NCBI GenBank assembly: GCA_011053195.1
Contig: DRKT01000155.1
Coordinates: 1-45,951, forward strand
Source of the DNA: Phycisphaerales bacterium
Lineage (GTDB): Bacteria; Planctomycetota; Phycisphaerae; Phycisphaerales; UBA1924
Direction: 5' to 3'
Length of the DNA stretch: 45,951 bases
Under the pieces are notes generated by a model. That model had not been told where the DNA came from. It made no database searches and saw only the letters and a program-made list of their open reading frames with translations. Position numbers and translations under genes: made by a program. Shown one piece after another: positions 44,289-45,951 of this stretch. How positions within the stretch are numbered: the stretch's first letter is position 1; each line of letters begins with the position of its first letter.

Positions 44289-44575
44289 GCGGGCGATCCT
44301 TTCAGGACCCAGGTTGAGTCGAGCGGCAGATATCCGGCAAGGTTATCGGGCTCGACAGGTCCATACATCTTCTTCCGGGCATCGGTCCGCTGGAGTGCAG
44401 ACACCCCCTGCACAATGCCGATTCTTAGGCAGTCATCGGCCTCTGGGCGATCGGAGTCAATCGTGGGTTTCGAGTTGGACACCAACAGGACGGCTGCGGT
44501 CTGGCCGGGAATCGGCGAGGGTGCGGTGCGCACAAGCCGGGCGATGTTCCAGCGGGTGCTCTCGACCTGGACCAT
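44186..44575 (-). CDS. Hypothetical protein (129-aa ORF; only the first roughly 95 codons look coding)
   Basis: GC3 is strong from the ATG at 44575 down to about 44290. The last 103 nt overlap the next gene in another frame and become R/C/P-rich. Confidence 0.35.
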   Translation of the reverse strand: MVQVESTRWNIARLVRTAPSPIPGQTAAVLLVSNSKPTIDSDRPEADDCLRIGIVQGVSALQRTDARKKMYGPVEPDNLAGYLPLDSTWVLKGSPACRTTYRLPDWPNEPPQCLVSSLRCPRCRACGSV

Positions 44576-44711
44576 GGATCTGGTGCGTCTGAGATCGCTC
44601 GGGCTCGATCAACCGGGACCGAGGGCGGATCGCACCGGGGGGCCCGTCGGTCCGCCGATGAACCGCTCTGAGGTGCGGCGGGCGGCCTGAACGGCCTGAT
44701 GGAGACTCAGA

Positions 44712-45951
44712 ATGGGCGGCATTTCTTCCAGCGTCGGACTGATCAGCGGCATCGACACAGGGGCGCTGATCCAGCAACTCCTCCAGATCGAGGCCAGGCC
44801 ACGCGAACTGGCGTCCCAACGGCTGGTGCAACTCCAGACCCAGCAGGCAGCGTTTCTCGATCTCAACACGAGGCTTTCGTCGCTGAAGTCGGCGGCTTCG
44901 ACGTTTCATGTCAGCAACATCTTCGATTCCGCCAAGGCGTCGAGCTCGGATGAGAACGCGCTGACCGCGACGGCCAGCACCAGCGCCCAGCCGGGCACGT
45001 ACTCGTTTATTGTCGACCGACTGGTCAGCACCCAGCAGCTGTTGAGCAAGGGATTCGCGGATCAGGACACGTCGTCCTTCGGCGCAACGTCGTTTACCTT
45101 CGAGGGAGCCGAGGCCAAGCTCGAAAGCGATGTCGGTCTTGCAGACCTCAACGGCGGCGCCGGCATCAAGCGGGGCACCTTTCAGATCACCGATTCCGCG
45201 GGAGCCTCGGCCACGATTGACCTCAGCCGAACCGCAACCGTCGGCGAAGCCCTTGATGCGATCAATGGTGCAGGGATCGGGGTCACGGCCAAGACCCTGG
45301 AGGACCGGATCGTGCTGACCGACACCGCGGGAGGCGCGTCGGTCCTGACGGTCTCGGACATCGCAGGCTCGACCACGGCGTCGGAACTCGGCATCGACGG
45401 CGTCGCGGCGGGCGGAAAGATCACCGGCAAGCGGGTCTATTACGCCACCGGATCGACCGCGATTGCACAGCTCAACGACGGCACCGGCATTGCCAGAACA
45501 AGCACCGTCGGTACGGGGGCCTTTGATTTCACCGTCCGAGTCGATGGTGTGGATGTCAAGGTCTTTCTAGGACAGACCACCGAAACGACGACCGATCCGA
45601 ACACCGGCGAAGAAACCACGGTGACGACACCGGCGGCATCAACAATCAACGAGGTACTCACTCGGATCAACGATGCTCTGACCGAAACGCTCGGTGCAAC
45701 GACGACCCTCTCGGCATCACTCAAGTCGGACGGGACCGGGCTTCAGATCGTGGACTCGGCGGGAACCGCGGTGATCGCTGTGCTCGACCGCGGCGAGGAA
45801 ACCGGGGGAACTGCAGTCCAAACCACGGCGCGGGATCTCGGCATCGCGGGGTCGGGCACAGGGTCGATCACGGGCTCGCGCATCTTCGGCGGACTCAACT
45901 CGGTCCTGTCCAAATCGCTCAACGGCGGGCAGGGCATCACAGGCGACGGGA
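44712..45951 (+). CDS. fliD: Flagellar filament capping protein FliD (hook-associated protein 2), 5' part; continues beyond the window
   Basis: GGAG lies 7 nt upstream of the ATG at 44712. I translated the frame by hand and found no stop to nt 45951. The N-terminus GLISGIDTGALIQQLLQIEARPRELASQRLVQLQTQQAAFLDLNTRLSSLKSAA is the classic FliD N-terminal helix. This ORF is absent from the supplied track because it has no stop in the window. Confidence 0.85.
   Translation, partial: MGGISSSVGLISGIDTGALIQQLLQIEARPRELASQRLVQLQTQQAAFLDLNTRLSSLKSAASTFHVSNIFDSAKASSSDENALTATASTSAQPGTYSFIVDRLVSTQQLLSKGFADQDTSSFGATSFTFEGAEAKLESDVGLADLNGGAGIKRGTFQITDSAGASATIDLSRTATVGEALDAINGAGIGVTAKTLEDRIVLTDTAGGASVLTVSDIAGSTTASELGIDGVAAGGKITGKRVYYATGSTAIAQLNDGTGIARTSTVGTGAFDFTVRVDGVDVKVFLGQTTETTTDPNTGEETTVTTPAASTINEVLTRINDALTETLGATTTLSASLKSDGTGLQIVDSAGTAVIAVLDRGEETGGTAVQTTARDLGIAGSGTGSITGSRIFGGLNSVLSKSLNGGQGITGDG

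Noticed and set aside
44654-44661. GCCGATGA about 50 nt upstream of fliD as a sigma28 (FliA) -10 box
   Set aside because: It resembles GCCGATAA, but no TAAA-like -35 is present at the expected 15-nt spacing. This is too weak to call.
44253-44690. A 145-aa plus-strand ORF immediately upstream of fliD as a possible flaG
   Set aside because: I see no FlaG-like sequence. Its codon bias is weaker than that of the overlapping minus-strand ORF (44575 downward), and its start overlaps the membrane-protein gene on the other strand.

Overview
This is a high-GC bacterial chromosomal window, dense with mostly housekeeping genes. The gene content suggests Planctomycetota, possibly Phycisphaerae-like: a LEPR-XLL giant protein, a PEP-CTERM/lamin-tail protein, long S41 and RseP proteases, and flagellar fliD. 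This taxonomic call is inference only. I support about 40 CDSs and 2 tRNAs (Thr-UGU, Arg-CCG), plus three intrinsic-terminator hairpins and one decayed integrase remnant next to tRNA-Thr. Recognisable genes are secA (3' end), purE, nth, an S41 peptidase, a SASA-type esterase, putA, ribF, nrnA, an orphan N4/N6-type methyltransferase, a flavin-halogenase-like oxidoreductase, mnmA, purQ, a DUF1015 protein, a thioredoxin, two DUF21-CBS proteins, hscB, an Asp/Glu-racemase-family protein, a DsbD-N-like protein, a redoxin, rseP, an alpha/beta hydrolase, deoC, an ALDH, an ALDH-like protein without a catalytic domain, a DUF4230 protein, and fliD (5' part). I saw no rRNA, CRISPR array, intact mobile element or recognisable defence system. 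The most unusual locus is the 6.25-kb gene at 27365-33616. It has an N-terminal LEPR-XLL motif, about ten PPC-like modules often introduced by DDHA[DN], and a C-terminal block of four roughly 100-120-aa repeats that I cannot assign to a family. Secondary curiosities are: a permuted orphan methyltransferase translationally coupled to ribF-nrnA; a racemase-family protein lacking both catalytic cysteines; an ALDH paralog missing its catalytic domain and separated from deoC-ALDH by an opposite-strand PEP-CTERM gene; a SecA-like ORF ending shortly after helicase motif VI; and a halogenase-signature protein directly downstream of mnmA. All functional calls come from reading motifs in the translations by eye. 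No database search was run.
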